Sequence record: PQ826431.1
DNA from: a phage
DNA length: 64,000 nt
Strand: one strand, 5' to 3'
Shown one piece after another: positions 40,413-49,899 of the stretch. Below the pieces are notes generated by a model. It was given only the letters and a program-made list of their open reading frames with translations. It did not search any database and was not told the origin of the DNA. Each line of letters starts with the position of its first letter. Within the stretch, counting starts at the first letter, position 1. The position numbers were made by a program, and so were the translations under genes.

Positions 40413-41006
40413 TTACCAAGGAATATCATCTTCTTCCAATCTGGTATCTACTTGAGGTGGACGTGGAACCTTAACCTCTTTCACAAAACGAAGATATGGG
40501 AAACGTGTAGCAATTTTAATAACGTGTTTGGCATCTTCTCTAACGTCTTTGTGCAAGAAGCAGATCCCTGTTTCCAAGGTTGTTTCAAAATCTTTAGAAT
40601 AATAACAATCCTTCCCATCAAATGCAGCCTGGCAGATGGACAGATCGAACTCATTTAGAAAGGTTGTCATTACGCTTGGTTCCATAATCATAAGGTTGCA
40701 AAGCTGACCATCACGTTCAAACTCAAAAACGTGTTTAAGACCAGTAACACCTTCATAATTGTCAGAAGCCTCTTTGTTTCCTAGTTTACGAATATTGGTT
40801 CCCATTAAAGCAGATGCAATTAATCCTTGTATTTGTTCTTCCGTCCGATGTGCAGGAAGGGATGTATAGAAATCCAGATCACGTCCAGCAATATCAAGAA
40901 TACGCCAATCACGAACAGCACCGCCAGCCAAGACAGAATTAGGATCAGCAATCTTTAATACGGTAAGAATTTCTTTGGCAATATTGATTTGTTTTGATTT
41001 AGTCAT
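40413..41006 (-). CDS. Pol-beta-like nucleotidyltransferase (CCA-adding/poly(A) polymerase head-like)
   Basis: AGGAVRDWRILDIAGRDLDF matches GGxVRD...DxD signature; C-terminus ends EEDDIPW. Confidence 0.45.
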   Translation of the reverse strand: MTKSKQINIAKEILTVLKIADPNSVLAGGAVRDWRILDIAGRDLDFYTSLPAHRTEEQIQGLIASALMGTNIRKLGNKEASDNYEGVTGLKHVFEFERDGQLCNLMIMEPSVMTTFLNEFDLSICQAAFDGKDCYYSKDFETTLETGICFLHKDVREDAKHVIKIATRFPYLRFVKEVKVPRPPQVDTRLEEDDIPW

Positions 41007-41217
41007 GGATACGCTCCACAGTTACTTTTACAACATCGTCCATATTAATCTCATCCCCCAAGACCTCAATAACACCTTCCTCATAAAGTCGAGCACATTC
41101 TTCCCACACTTCAGCTTCCGTCATTCCACCTGCAATCTTATTTGCAAGACCTTTAATAACATCTTCATTTTGTTCATCAACAAGAATTGAAACATTAAAG
41201 CTCACTAATTTACGCAT
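40999..41217 (-). CDS. hypothetical protein
   Basis: 72 aa ORF with AAGGAG RBS. Confidence 0.3.
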   Translation of the reverse strand: MRKLVSFNVSILVDEQNEDVIKGLANKIAGGMTEAEVWEECARLYEEGVIEVLGDEINMDDVVKVTVERIHD

Positions 41218-41227
41218 TGTTTTCTCC

Positions 41228-41395
41228 TTATACTTCTAAACGGAAAGTTTCTTTAGATACAAAATCGTATCCACCTTTTTCAAGCCAGTCATTGTAAACC
41301 TCATCGGCTTGAGACTCTATCATAAAATACCGAGTGGTAATTTCGTCTCCGACAATACGCACAATTTTATAGCAAATCATGATACCATTTCCCAT
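41228..41395 (-). CDS. small hypothetical protein (55 aa, not in ORF track)
   Basis: ATG overlapping upstream stop (TAATG), ends 10 nt before the next RBS. Confidence 0.3.
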   Translation of the reverse strand: MGNGIMICYKIVRIVGDEITTRYFMIESQADEVYNDWLEKGGYDFVSKETFRLEV

Positions 41396-41607
41396 TAATC
41401 TTCCTCCAGATCAATTTCATTATAACAATGTATGCAGAAACCATCATTGTGCATATGTTGTTCATAAGACATATCTTTACCACAAGACCAACAACGGATA
41501 TCCCCATCGTCCCATTCACGTTCTTCTTCACCTTCAAATTCATCTGGTAGATAAGGCATACCAAAATAATCTAAATCGTAACTCATATCTTCTCCTATCG
41601 AGTCCAC
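41395..41607 (-). CDS. small acidic zinc-ribbon protein
   Basis: CWSCG ... CIHC pairs of cysteines. Confidence 0.35.
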   Translation of the reverse strand: MDSIGEDMSYDLDYFGMPYLPDEFEGEEEREWDDGDIRCWSCGKDMSYEQHMHNDGFCIHCYNEIDLEED

Positions 41608-42191
41608 TCCTTACGTTGTTCAATATGTTCAAGCATATCATTATACAATGTTTTAAGATGTGGAACAACTCTTTGATCTTCTGTTTCAAAAAACTTTGTA
41701 AGCTGCTCTGCTTTAGCTTTTAGCCAACAAAGATGTGCCTCAAGTTCAGTATCAAAACGTCCGAGCGTTATAATACGACCATCTACTTTTATATGGGCTT
41801 TATATTTCTTACGATCTTTTTCGTAATGGAAGCCTACCATAGTGCCATGAGATCTTTTACTTACCCTGTAAGCTAAAAACTTGTTAAGATCCCCTGTTAC
41901 TAAAAGGCAGGTGGCGGGAGAGTAAACTCTCCCTCCTATAATATCTTTATCGAGTTCTAAGTTTTCCCAGTTGTCCCAAGTTTGCAACCAAGCGTAGAAG
42001 TTGGAAAACAGTTTCCATTCTTCACAGACCGTCACTCCGTGATAACAAGGATCACGTTCTTGTTGGCAAGGGGAGTAACACCTCCCCAACATAGCCATCC
42101 ACTTCATATAATGAGGAGTTAATTTCTTACTGCCAGGCAGTGTACTTTCACCCTCCAAATCATTAATACCTTCACCATACACAGTAAGCAT
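41595..42191 (-). CDS. AP2-domain DNA-binding protein, possible homing endonuclease
   Basis: C-terminal GFHYEKDRKKYKAHIKVDGRIITLGRFDTELEAHLCWLKA resembles AP2 fold; adjacent to intein-containing polymerase. Confidence 0.35.
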   Translation of the reverse strand: MLTVYGEGINDLEGESTLPGSKKLTPHYMKWMAMLGRCYSPCQQERDPCYHGVTVCEEWKLFSNFYAWLQTWDNWENLELDKDIIGGRVYSPATCLLVTGDLNKFLAYRVSKRSHGTMVGFHYEKDRKKYKAHIKVDGRIITLGRFDTELEAHLCWLKAKAEQLTKFFETEDQRVVPHLKTLYNDMLEHIEQRKEWTR

Positions 42192-42218
42192 AAAAACTCC
42201 TTTAAAGTCAAATAGATG

Positions 42219-45200
42219 TCAATGACATGTGGCCCAGGAATTACCCACATCGTATCCGGCAGTAAGCTGAACGTTAAGATTGTAAAATTCTCCAGCCTTA
42301 GTAACAGCTAAAGCAGCAAGTTCACCTGCCCGACTATAGGCTGTAAACCATCCACCTTTGGGAGATTCATGAATGTTAGCCCAAATTTGCCCTGTCTCTT
42401 TTTCCTTATTATGCTTCCATTCTTCGACTTTAGCAAGGCATTCTTTATCAATTTTCTTTTGTTCTTCAGGATCGTCTACTTTCTTCCAACCTAATGATTC
42501 AGGTGAAAACCATTTGAATTCTACAAGGTTACGAGAAACTTCAAGCTGGGCTTCATCGTGATATGCAATCATTTGTTGCACGAAGTCTTTATTCTTCCAG
42601 TCATCTTTAAAGAAGTCAACACTTAGCCCTTCTTCTTCGATCATGTCATCATAAATAACCATTGCACGTTTAGCACAGATAACCCCACCGCTTTGGAACA
42701 GAGAGTTAAGAATCGCGTGAGCAGAACGAGTAGGAACCTTACGACCGTCAATACCCAAAACATATTGTTTACCAGTCTTAACCCAGAAATCGTTTAAACG
42801 TTCTTTAAGACGCGCCAATGGGAATGCAGCTTCCCAGAAAGCATCGAACACCAGTTGCCCTGTGTATTTATCGCTACCAATTGTTTTAGCAACCTTGTCG
42901 GCTTGTGCACCATAGGTAATACCATACTTAACAGATTTAGCAGGACTACGTTCAAATTTACGTCCAATAGTTTCAGTGATACGTTTTGCCATCATTGTGT
43001 GAACATCATTAGGTTTCTCTAACAACAGAGCGTTACAATATTCGTGTGGCTCCGGCTCGTACCGCCAACAGTTTCCTGTGATGGTAATGCAGTCTTTCTG
43101 ACGCATGACCCACGTACCAAGTTCTGTTTGTGGACACCAAACATCCTCTACACCCCACTCTTCAATAGTCAAACTTTGAACAGGAATGTGAGAGCGGTTA
43201 GTCAATGTTGCCACTTTTACTTTCTGCTCTTTTGTATTGAAAGCTACAGAGATATTGCCTCCATGCACCAGGTACGAGGCAGTTAAAGCTGCTTCAAAAA
43301 GTTCACCTGGGTTCTGCGCCCAACGCCAAACAGGTTTTTGTTTATGTTCGTGCCAGTAACCATCTGCAATCAAGAAACCTTCCAAGAAAGCTACACGCTC
43401 GGCATGAGACATATTAACTACACGTTCTACCCACGGAACATCCCATTTACCTTGTTGAACAGAAGTTAAACTATTTACCTGATCTTGTTCCATGTTAAAT
43501 GGAGCATTACAAATAATGTTATCTCCTGTGCAAAGCTCGGCAGTTGTTCTGACTTTAGGCACATAAGTATTCCCTTTACTACGGGTATTAACATACCAAC
43601 GGTGATCTGCTGTTGCACGGTAAGTGTGTGATTTCCCTTTAATCTCAAACGTCTTACTATTTTTATAGAAGACCTTACCTTTTACTTTAGTCCATTCTTT
43701 CAGACCTGTTTCAGCATTGTACCCTAAAATCTCATCCCCTTCCTTCAGGTCGTGATATCCTACCCAACCTTTACGAGTCAAAGCTTGAGCATCCATCGGC
43801 ACACAGTAATGCGATTCAATTTTTGCTTCCAAAGAGTCGAAGTCGTAACCAATCTGGAAGTATTTAGGAACCTCTACACCAAACAAGTTACGCATCTCCC
43901 ATCCAAACAAAGATGTGACACGAGGAATATTAGCTACAGATCTGTGCTTCATACGAGAGGTTGCAGCATCACATGTAGCGGCTGGGGTAGGAATACGACC
44001 ATCCGCCCTTACTGCGGCTAAGAAACCTTTATCATATTCTTGGTCTTCTTCATCTTCTTCCCAATCAGCACCGCCACCTAAAATAGAGTTCCTACGATGC
44101 TTATACGTTAAGTATTCTACAATCTGTGTAGCATAAGGAAATTTCTCACCCAAAGCTTGCAGGTTAGGACAAATTTCTTTTTCCTGACCTTTGGTAAAAC
44201 ATGGGTTAGTCAATACTTTAAGACCGCGACCCTTACCTTTTGCTATACGCTCTTGAATCTTCCTCTCCAAGGTTTCCGGTGTGCACTCCAGATGATCACA
44301 ACGATCCTGACAAAAATTAGAAGACAGAGTTTGCTCAACGTAAGCTCGAATACCTTTCTGAAGTTCTTCCTCGCTCTTTTTAATCTTGGTGCCAGATTTA
44401 AGAGTCAAGTCTTTATCTTTATATTCAGACGGTACCCAACCTAATCCTACAAGCCAGTTTTTAATATGGGTTGTATCGTTCAATGTTGCAGGAATGTTAG
44501 GATCACATAGAGGCTCATCTGCTGCAACTGGCAGTTTCCACTCTTTCCCCAGCATAACTAACCACCAATCGCCATCCCTCTCTTCCAAATGACCATCATG
44601 TTTCTTAGCAAAATTGATCATATGGTTAGTTGGCTCTAAGTTCTTTTTAATTTGCAACTTAGGTGGAATAAAAGCCTTAAGATAACCTTTTGTTGCTGGT
44701 TTAGGTGGCAAAATAGGCTCAACGAGTAAACGAAGACGCTCCATTTCTGCATCCAAAAAAGCAAGGTTCTCTTCTGCTTGTTTCATGTTAAAAGCAAACC
44801 CACGGTGTTCCTGGCGTGTAATAATGTCTGCTACACGTTGTTCAAGTTCAAATGGACCTTCCCATTTATCATAATCACCCCATTCTTCCATAAGGTAATT
44901 ATATACGCTCGTATTGGCTTTGTTGTCATAGATACAGTAATAAAGCATATCAGCAGCAAAAGTCTTAAATCGATCTTCTTCTGGAATCTCTTTACGGAAA
45001 TCTATTTTTACATCACCCCCTGCCTTTCGAGAAAGTGCTGCCAAGCTATGTCCTGATTTGCCCTCAATCTTTCGATCTGGGTTTAACACTTTACTCAAAA
45101 TCAAGGAGTCAATAAGTTTTACCTTATTTTTGCCCCACGTATTATATTTAACACTGTAATCTAAACCATAAAACAGTTTTGTAGCCAACCAGTCATAGTT

Positions 45201-45551
45201 GATACCGTTGTGAGCCACAGCCATTTCAACCAGATATTCAGGTTTATCTTTAAAATAACCTTCATGATTAATAAAGTCTGGGAAATCTTTTAGTTGAAAA
45301 TGTGTGTAATCTTGCGCCACATACTCTTTAAGAACATATGTGTATTTACCATCTGACTCTTCATAAGGACGCCCATCAAAGATGTATTTAGGGCCATCGT
45401 GGAAAGCTACTATTTCTCCTGTTTCATGGTTCTCTAAGACAATACAGTGCATTTGAAATGTGTCTTTGAGACGATAAGGACTAGCTAAATAATCGATAGT
45501 GTCATTATTCAACAATCCGTTTGCTTCAATATCCCATGTAAACTTACTCAC
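42219..45551 (-). CDS. family A DNA polymerase (3'-5' exo + polymerase), intein-containing
   Basis: Exo I WDIEANGL; motif A GYDFDSLEAKI; motif B RSPAKSVKYGITYG; motif C AYHDEAQLEV; 245 aa insertion between motifs A and B. Confidence 0.85.
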   Translation of the reverse strand: MSKFTWDIEANGLLNNDTIDYLASPYRLKDTFQMHCIVLENHETGEIVAFHDGPKYIFDGRPYEESDGKYTYVLKEYVAQDYTHFQLKDFPDFINHEGYFKDKPEYLVEMAVAHNGINYDWLATKLFYGLDYSVKYNTWGKNKVKLIDSLILSKVLNPDRKIEGKSGHSLAALSRKAGGDVKIDFRKEIPEEDRFKTFAADMLYYCIYDNKANTSVYNYLMEEWGDYDKWEGPFELEQRVADIITRQEHRGFAFNMKQAEENLAFLDAEMERLRLLVEPILPPKPATKGYLKAFIPPKLQIKKNLEPTNHMINFAKKHDGHLEERDGDWWLVMLGKEWKLPVAADEPLCDPNIPATLNDTTHIKNWLVGLGWVPSEYKDKDLTLKSGTKIKKSEEELQKGIRAYVEQTLSSNFCQDRCDHLECTPETLERKIQERIAKGKGRGLKVLTNPCFTKGQEKEICPNLQALGEKFPYATQIVEYLTYKHRRNSILGGGADWEEDEEDQEYDKGFLAAVRADGRIPTPAATCDAATSRMKHRSVANIPRVTSLFGWEMRNLFGVEVPKYFQIGYDFDSLEAKIESHYCVPMDAQALTRKGWVGYHDLKEGDEILGYNAETGLKEWTKVKGKVFYKNSKTFEIKGKSHTYRATADHRWYVNTRSKGNTYVPKVRTTAELCTGDNIICNAPFNMEQDQVNSLTSVQQGKWDVPWVERVVNMSHAERVAFLEGFLIADGYWHEHKQKPVWRWAQNPGELFEAALTASYLVHGGNISVAFNTKEQKVKVATLTNRSHIPVQSLTIEEWGVEDVWCPQTELGTWVMRQKDCITITGNCWRYEPEPHEYCNALLLEKPNDVHTMMAKRITETIGRKFERSPAKSVKYGITYGAQADKVAKTIGSDKYTGQLVFDAFWEAAFPLARLKERLNDFWVKTGKQYVLGIDGRKVPTRSAHAILNSLFQSGGVICAKRAMVIYDDMIEEEGLSVDFFKDDWKNKDFVQQMIAYHDEAQLEVSRNLVEFKWFSPESLGWKKVDDPEEQKKIDKECLAKVEEWKHNKEKETGQIWANIHESPKGGWFTAYSRAGELAALAVTKAGEFYNLNVQLTAGYDVGNSWATCH
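43071..43805 (-). mobile_element. intein (245 aa) in DNA polymerase with LAGLIDADG-like motif
   Basis: Starts CVPMDAQALTRKGW, block B TADH, LAGLIDADG-like AFLEGFLIADGY (about 43356-43391), ends ...CITITGN with +1 Cys; boundaries checked against codons. Confidence 0.7.
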
Positions 45552-46345
45552 TATTCCTCCTTTCTAATGTTCTCCAGAACCCACTGAAGTTCTTTTAAAC
45601 TTAAACTTCTTACTCCCGCAGTTTTACTAGCTTCAGCTTTAAGTAACGGGTAAGCCTCAATGATACGCGTTTTAAGATCAGAAGTCAAGGCTTTTAAAAA
45701 ATAGGTAGATGCTTCAGATAAAGAATCTTCTTCTGATAACACTTTACCTGCACTTGCTCCCGCTCTCCTAACGGCTATATCGTAGTCTTTACTGTTACCT
45801 AATACGAATAGTCGATTCTCTCCTAAAACAACGGGAGAACGCTTCTCGTTGCGTTTAATCCATATCTGGAATACACAAGGAACATCCCAAGGTTCTCCAT
45901 GAAGAATAAAAGATCCTTTTGGACATTCTTCTTCGTAAAGAAGATGCATGTGGGGATTTAGTTTGTGTGCAAAAAAGATTTTTTGAAATGTGCGAGGCAA
46001 GATAAAACAAATACCACCTTCGTTATCCAACATTTCAGCACAATGGTTAAAGAACTTAATGGCAAGACTGGCATTTTTTCCAAACGGAGGATTACCGACA
46101 AAAGCAGTTACACTACCAACAGACTCAACAGATTGAGCTAAAAAATCTGCCTCAATACAATCTTCAAACTTAGGGTCAATATCAAAAGAAGTTATGTTTT
46201 TAAAACAAGAAGAGAAAGCTCCTTCTCCCGCAGATGGTTCTACGTAGTTAGCTTCCTCTCCAAAAATTTCTTTGATCTTATCACATAAGAACCCCGCATA
46301 AGCGGGGTTAGTGTAATATTGATCAAGTGTGTTCAACTTGCTCAA
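45551..46345 (-). CDS. DNA methyltransferase (gamma-class, N6-adenine or N4-cytosine)
   Basis: Motif I VEPSAGEGAF and motif IV NPPF; stop overlaps polymerase start. Confidence 0.65.
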   Translation of the reverse strand: MSKLNTLDQYYTNPAYAGFLCDKIKEIFGEEANYVEPSAGEGAFSSCFKNITSFDIDPKFEDCIEADFLAQSVESVGSVTAFVGNPPFGKNASLAIKFFNHCAEMLDNEGGICFILPRTFQKIFFAHKLNPHMHLLYEEECPKGSFILHGEPWDVPCVFQIWIKRNEKRSPVVLGENRLFVLGNSKDYDIAVRRAGASAGKVLSEEDSLSEASTYFLKALTSDLKTRIIEAYPLLKAEASKTAGVRSLSLKELQWVLENIRKEE

Positions 46346-46354
46346 TAGTCCTCC

Positions 46355-46786
46355 TTAGTTGTTAGCGAACTCAATAGTGAGGTCAACTTTACCATCATCA
46401 GAAATAACCATGTTTTTAGTATTTTTAAAGATGATATCTACTTTACCTTCACTTACACGACAGAATGCAACACCATCTGCAACTTTATCGATATAATATT
46501 TGTAAGAAAGAATACCCACTTTACTACGACCAGCACCTTTTGTGAAAGAAGGGCTTACATCGAAACGGAAACCTTTAGAAGAAACAACACGGTAAGAACG
46601 TCCAGTTGGGATATGTTCAATAACAGAAACATTATTCTCAACAACTTTTACAGCAAACTCTTCAGGATGATCCTCAACAATCATATGTGGGATGGCAAAT
46701 GCCAACGCTTGTTTGTGTTTAATAACACCAGCACCCAGAGCACCAGCAGCTTTAACTTTTGCATTCAGATCGATTGTCATACGCAT
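46355..46786 (-). CDS. hypothetical protein
   Basis: 143 aa ORF with own promoter and RBS. Confidence 0.35.
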   Translation of the reverse strand: MRMTIDLNAKVKAAGALGAGVIKHKQALAFAIPHMIVEDHPEEFAVKVVENNVSVIEHIPTGRSYRVVSSKGFRFDVSPSFTKGAGRSKVGILSYKYYIDKVADGVAFCRVSEGKVDIIFKNTKNMVISDDGKVDLTIEFANN

Positions 46787-46819
46787 TTTTACTTCTCCTC
46801 TTGTTTGGTTGATGAAACA

Positions 46820-46848
46820 AGTATAAGTCCCTTCCGCAAAGTTGTCAA
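46820..46848 (-). promoter_or_regulatory. putative sigma70 promoter (reads on - strand)
   Basis: TTGACA, 17 nt spacer, TATACT on - strand. Confidence 0.5.
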
Positions 46849-46850
46849 CA

Positions 46851-46879
46851 GGTATTTTTAATAAAAGGGCCGAAGCCCT
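46851..46879 (-). terminator. rho-independent terminator after primase-helicase gene
   Basis: On - strand AGGGC-TTCG-GCCCT then TTTATT. Confidence 0.5.
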
Positions 46880-48657
46880 TAATAGTTGCTATCCGTAGGC
46901 AAATTAGCAGGATTGTTGAAATACTGCTCTTTGTCATGCAGAGTTGCAGTTCTAATGTCATAGTAAAACTGCCCTGCCGGACCAGTTTCCGAGAACTCAC
47001 GGTTTTTTAGGATAAAGCAATGAGTCGTATTGCGTTCTACAGGGTCTTCAGCGGCTTTATCTCGTTCCAAAGCCAAGGTAATACCAGCACCTTTAGCCAA
47101 GAAACTACTACCCATTGCATCGTCCTCTGTTAAGTGTTCATTGCCACCATTAGCCGATTTCTTAACGTGTGAGATGACGATAATAGTTATAGCATACTCT
47201 TTCATGATGCGCTTCAACCATGTTGCTAACTCTTCCTGGGCTTGAACATCCATACCAGAAAGCAAATCAGAATAAGGGTCGATAACAAGAATTGTTACTC
47301 CAAAATAGATGATCATCTCCAAAACTTTTTCTTTGATAGACTCCACATCTGCTCCACGATCATCACACACATAAAAACGTGGTGATCCATCTTCTCTTTC
47401 GTAAAAATCTAGGATTTTTTCTTTATTCTCTTCCAAGATTTGAAATTTCTCTTCCGGTGTTTTCCTGTGCAGAGGAATATGCAGGAACGAGGACAACAGG
47501 TTACGAGAGTATTTCTTATAAGTTGCTTCCAATGACAGAATACCGAGGGTATGTTCTGGGTGTGCAACGATAATATGTTTGGTGATCTCATTCACCATCA
47601 AAGTTTTACCGATACTCGTCTTTGCCAGAATGACTGTAATCTCTTCCTCTACTAAACCACCACCAAGCATATTTGCAGCAACACGCATAAAAGGAGGCAA
47701 GGTAATCATCTTGGATTCCAAGCATTCTAATGCAGCTTCATACAAGACATTAGAAGCATAAACACCTGCTGGGGTGTATAGACGAGCACTCCAAAAAGCT
47801 TTTACGAAATCCTTTGCACGACCTTCTTCCAGATACTGATTGGCATCCTTAAGATCCATCTGCATACGGTAGACTTTGTTACGAGGCAGCACCTTAACAA
47901 TATTTTCAAATGCCTCATTACCTGCTTTGTCATTATCCATGCAAACAATAATCTTCTTAAATTTTTCAAAAAAAGGATATTGCGCCTGAACTTGTTTATA
48001 CATACTGGTTTCACCAGTTGTGCCACTAACTACTGCTGGAAGTTCATACTTGTTGTCCAAGTTTTCAGATAGCATTTGATAAGCTGCCAGAGCATCGTGT
48101 TCACCACCTGTAATTACCACAGTATGAGAACGGTCTGCAAAACGAATTTGTCCAAAAAGATCTACATCTTTACCTACTTGACCAATAGGTTTACTGAAAT
48201 CTTTAGGATGAATACGACGCTTAAAACCAACCAATTCTTTACCGATAGTAGTCGGATATAAACAACTTTCTACTACCATCTGATCCCCTTCCTGACGGTA
48301 TTCATAACGAACACCATAGAAAGATGAAACTTTTTCTTTAATGCCTCGATAACCACGTGGGTTGGTTGATGTTTCTTGAACAATTTTACGATGAATCTGT
48401 TTATTAAATTCCGAACCCACAATCTCCTCCTCTTCTTCTAAAACTTCACCATTTTCTCGTAACCATTCTACGCTAGGAATAGTGTATTCACACGCAAAGC
48501 ACTTAGCACCTTTATGCTCTCCATTAGAATCTAATCCATAAACCATCAGGTTATTACGAGAGCGATCCTTGCCATTTTTCATGCAGCGCGGACAACCTGT
48601 ATGCCCTTCCTTGCTAAGATCAACATCAAATCCATATTTAGTTATAATGTGCGACAC
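46879..48657 (-). CDS. primase-helicase (T7 gp4-like / DnaB-like)
   Basis: N-terminal Cys4 zinc ribbon (CPRC...CFAC), Walker A AKTSIGKT, Walker B-like LVIDPYSD. Confidence 0.75.
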   Translation of the reverse strand: MSHIITKYGFDVDLSKEGHTGCPRCMKNGKDRSRNNLMVYGLDSNGEHKGAKCFACEYTIPSVEWLRENGEVLEEEEEIVGSEFNKQIHRKIVQETSTNPRGYRGIKEKVSSFYGVRYEYRQEGDQMVVESCLYPTTIGKELVGFKRRIHPKDFSKPIGQVGKDVDLFGQIRFADRSHTVVITGGEHDALAAYQMLSENLDNKYELPAVVSGTTGETSMYKQVQAQYPFFEKFKKIIVCMDNDKAGNEAFENIVKVLPRNKVYRMQMDLKDANQYLEEGRAKDFVKAFWSARLYTPAGVYASNVLYEAALECLESKMITLPPFMRVAANMLGGGLVEEEITVILAKTSIGKTLMVNEITKHIIVAHPEHTLGILSLEATYKKYSRNLLSSFLHIPLHRKTPEEKFQILEENKEKILDFYEREDGSPRFYVCDDRGADVESIKEKVLEMIIYFGVTILVIDPYSDLLSGMDVQAQEELATWLKRIMKEYAITIIVISHVKKSANGGNEHLTEDDAMGSSFLAKGAGITLALERDKAAEDPVERNTTHCFILKNREFSETGPAGQFYYDIRTATLHDKEQYFNNPANLPTDSNY

Positions 48658-48669
48658 TTTGTTCTCCTG

Positions 48670-48948
48670 TTAAAATGGTTCGTTAGTCTCCATCATATAT
48701 TCTGCTTCTAGTTCTTCCATGTGCTTTCTAAATTGGAAAGCAATTTCTGCTACAGTTACATTTAAATCTTTTTCAAAAACTTCTGTAGAGCCTTCGTAAA
48801 AACGAATACCGTCAATTAAAAGCCCTCCGTGGTAATCCCAATCACTTTCACGAGAAAGCGGGTTAGGCTCTTCATAATAGTAATCCACCTCCACGACTAA
48901 GGCTTTCCCGTTACAAGTGGTGTATTCAAAATCAAAAGTGTTAATCAT
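48670..48948 (-). CDS. hypothetical protein
   Basis: 92 aa ORF. Confidence 0.3.
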   Translation of the reverse strand: MINTFDFEYTTCNGKALVVEVDYYYEEPNPLSRESDWDYHGGLLIDGIRFYEGSTEVFEKDLNVTVAEIAFQFRKHMEELEAEYMMETNEPF

Positions 48949-49892
48949 TATAGCTCCTCAAATAAAAGTCTACGACGCTCATTCAACACATCAATGTGAT
49001 AATGAGTCCTGACATACTTAGCTAATGCTAATCCTTTCTCCATGCAAACATCGGGAGCACTTAATAAGTATTCCGTAATATCTTTCCACTCGGAAGGTGT
49101 TTCAGCAAAGAACAACAGATCTTTAAACTCTTGTGTATGATAATTCTCACGAGGAGAACAGATCAAAGGTAAACCCTTAGCACCTGCCTCAAGAATTTTA
49201 AGATTGCTTTTTGCATTATTAAACACGTTATCAATCAGTGGCGCAAGACTTATTTGATGACCATCGTAAGATTCCATGTAGTTGGCATATGGTCTTACAC
49301 CTTCATAAACACAAGTTGGTGCTACATTTTCTCTGATTACAGACCATTCACGACTACTTAAAACTTCAGAATCCCTACGAAAACCACATATTGTAAGATC
49401 TTTACCAAAATCGGGCAAGATAGCCAAATCTTGCTTATGTGTTTCACTTCCAGCCCACACTAATGGAGTTTTGGAGTAGCGATCACGGGTCAACACAAAT
49501 TGACCTTCGTCATAAGGAAGTCCATTAGGGATTATGTGCACATTATCATTGTATTGTGAAAGTTCAACTTGCAAGGCAGGTGTCGTAGTTGTAACAAGAT
49601 CACTGTGCTCTAAAAACCATTTTAAATGTTCACGAATACCTGATTCAAAAATACCTTCTAACATGTGTCCTTTTGGAATAACTAAAGAGTCATCCAAATC
49701 CATAACCATTTTAAAGCCTAGGTTTTTAAGGGCTAAAAAGCCCTCTTTACCTTTTGTTGGCACTCCGTTAAAAACGAAAACATTGTATTTAGGTTGTGAA
49801 GAGAACTGCCTTGAGTAAGGCAGCACTACCCTATGGAAATCGCAGACACTATAATTGATTCCGTTACGATTGTCAAGAATTATTTGTCCCAT
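48948..49892 (-). CDS. glycosyltransferase-like protein, paralog 1
   Basis: C-terminal LKILEAGAKGLPLICS; clear paralogy with next gene. Confidence 0.45.
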   Translation of the reverse strand: MGQIILDNRNGINYSVCDFHRVVLPYSRQFSSQPKYNVFVFNGVPTKGKEGFLALKNLGFKMVMDLDDSLVIPKGHMLEGIFESGIREHLKWFLEHSDLVTTTTPALQVELSQYNDNVHIIPNGLPYDEGQFVLTRDRYSKTPLVWAGSETHKQDLAILPDFGKDLTICGFRRDSEVLSSREWSVIRENVAPTCVYEGVRPYANYMESYDGHQISLAPLIDNVFNNAKSNLKILEAGAKGLPLICSPRENYHTQEFKDLLFFAETPSEWKDITEYLLSAPDVCMEKGLALAKYVRTHYHIDVLNERRRLLFEEL

Positions 49893-49899
49893 ACTTCAC

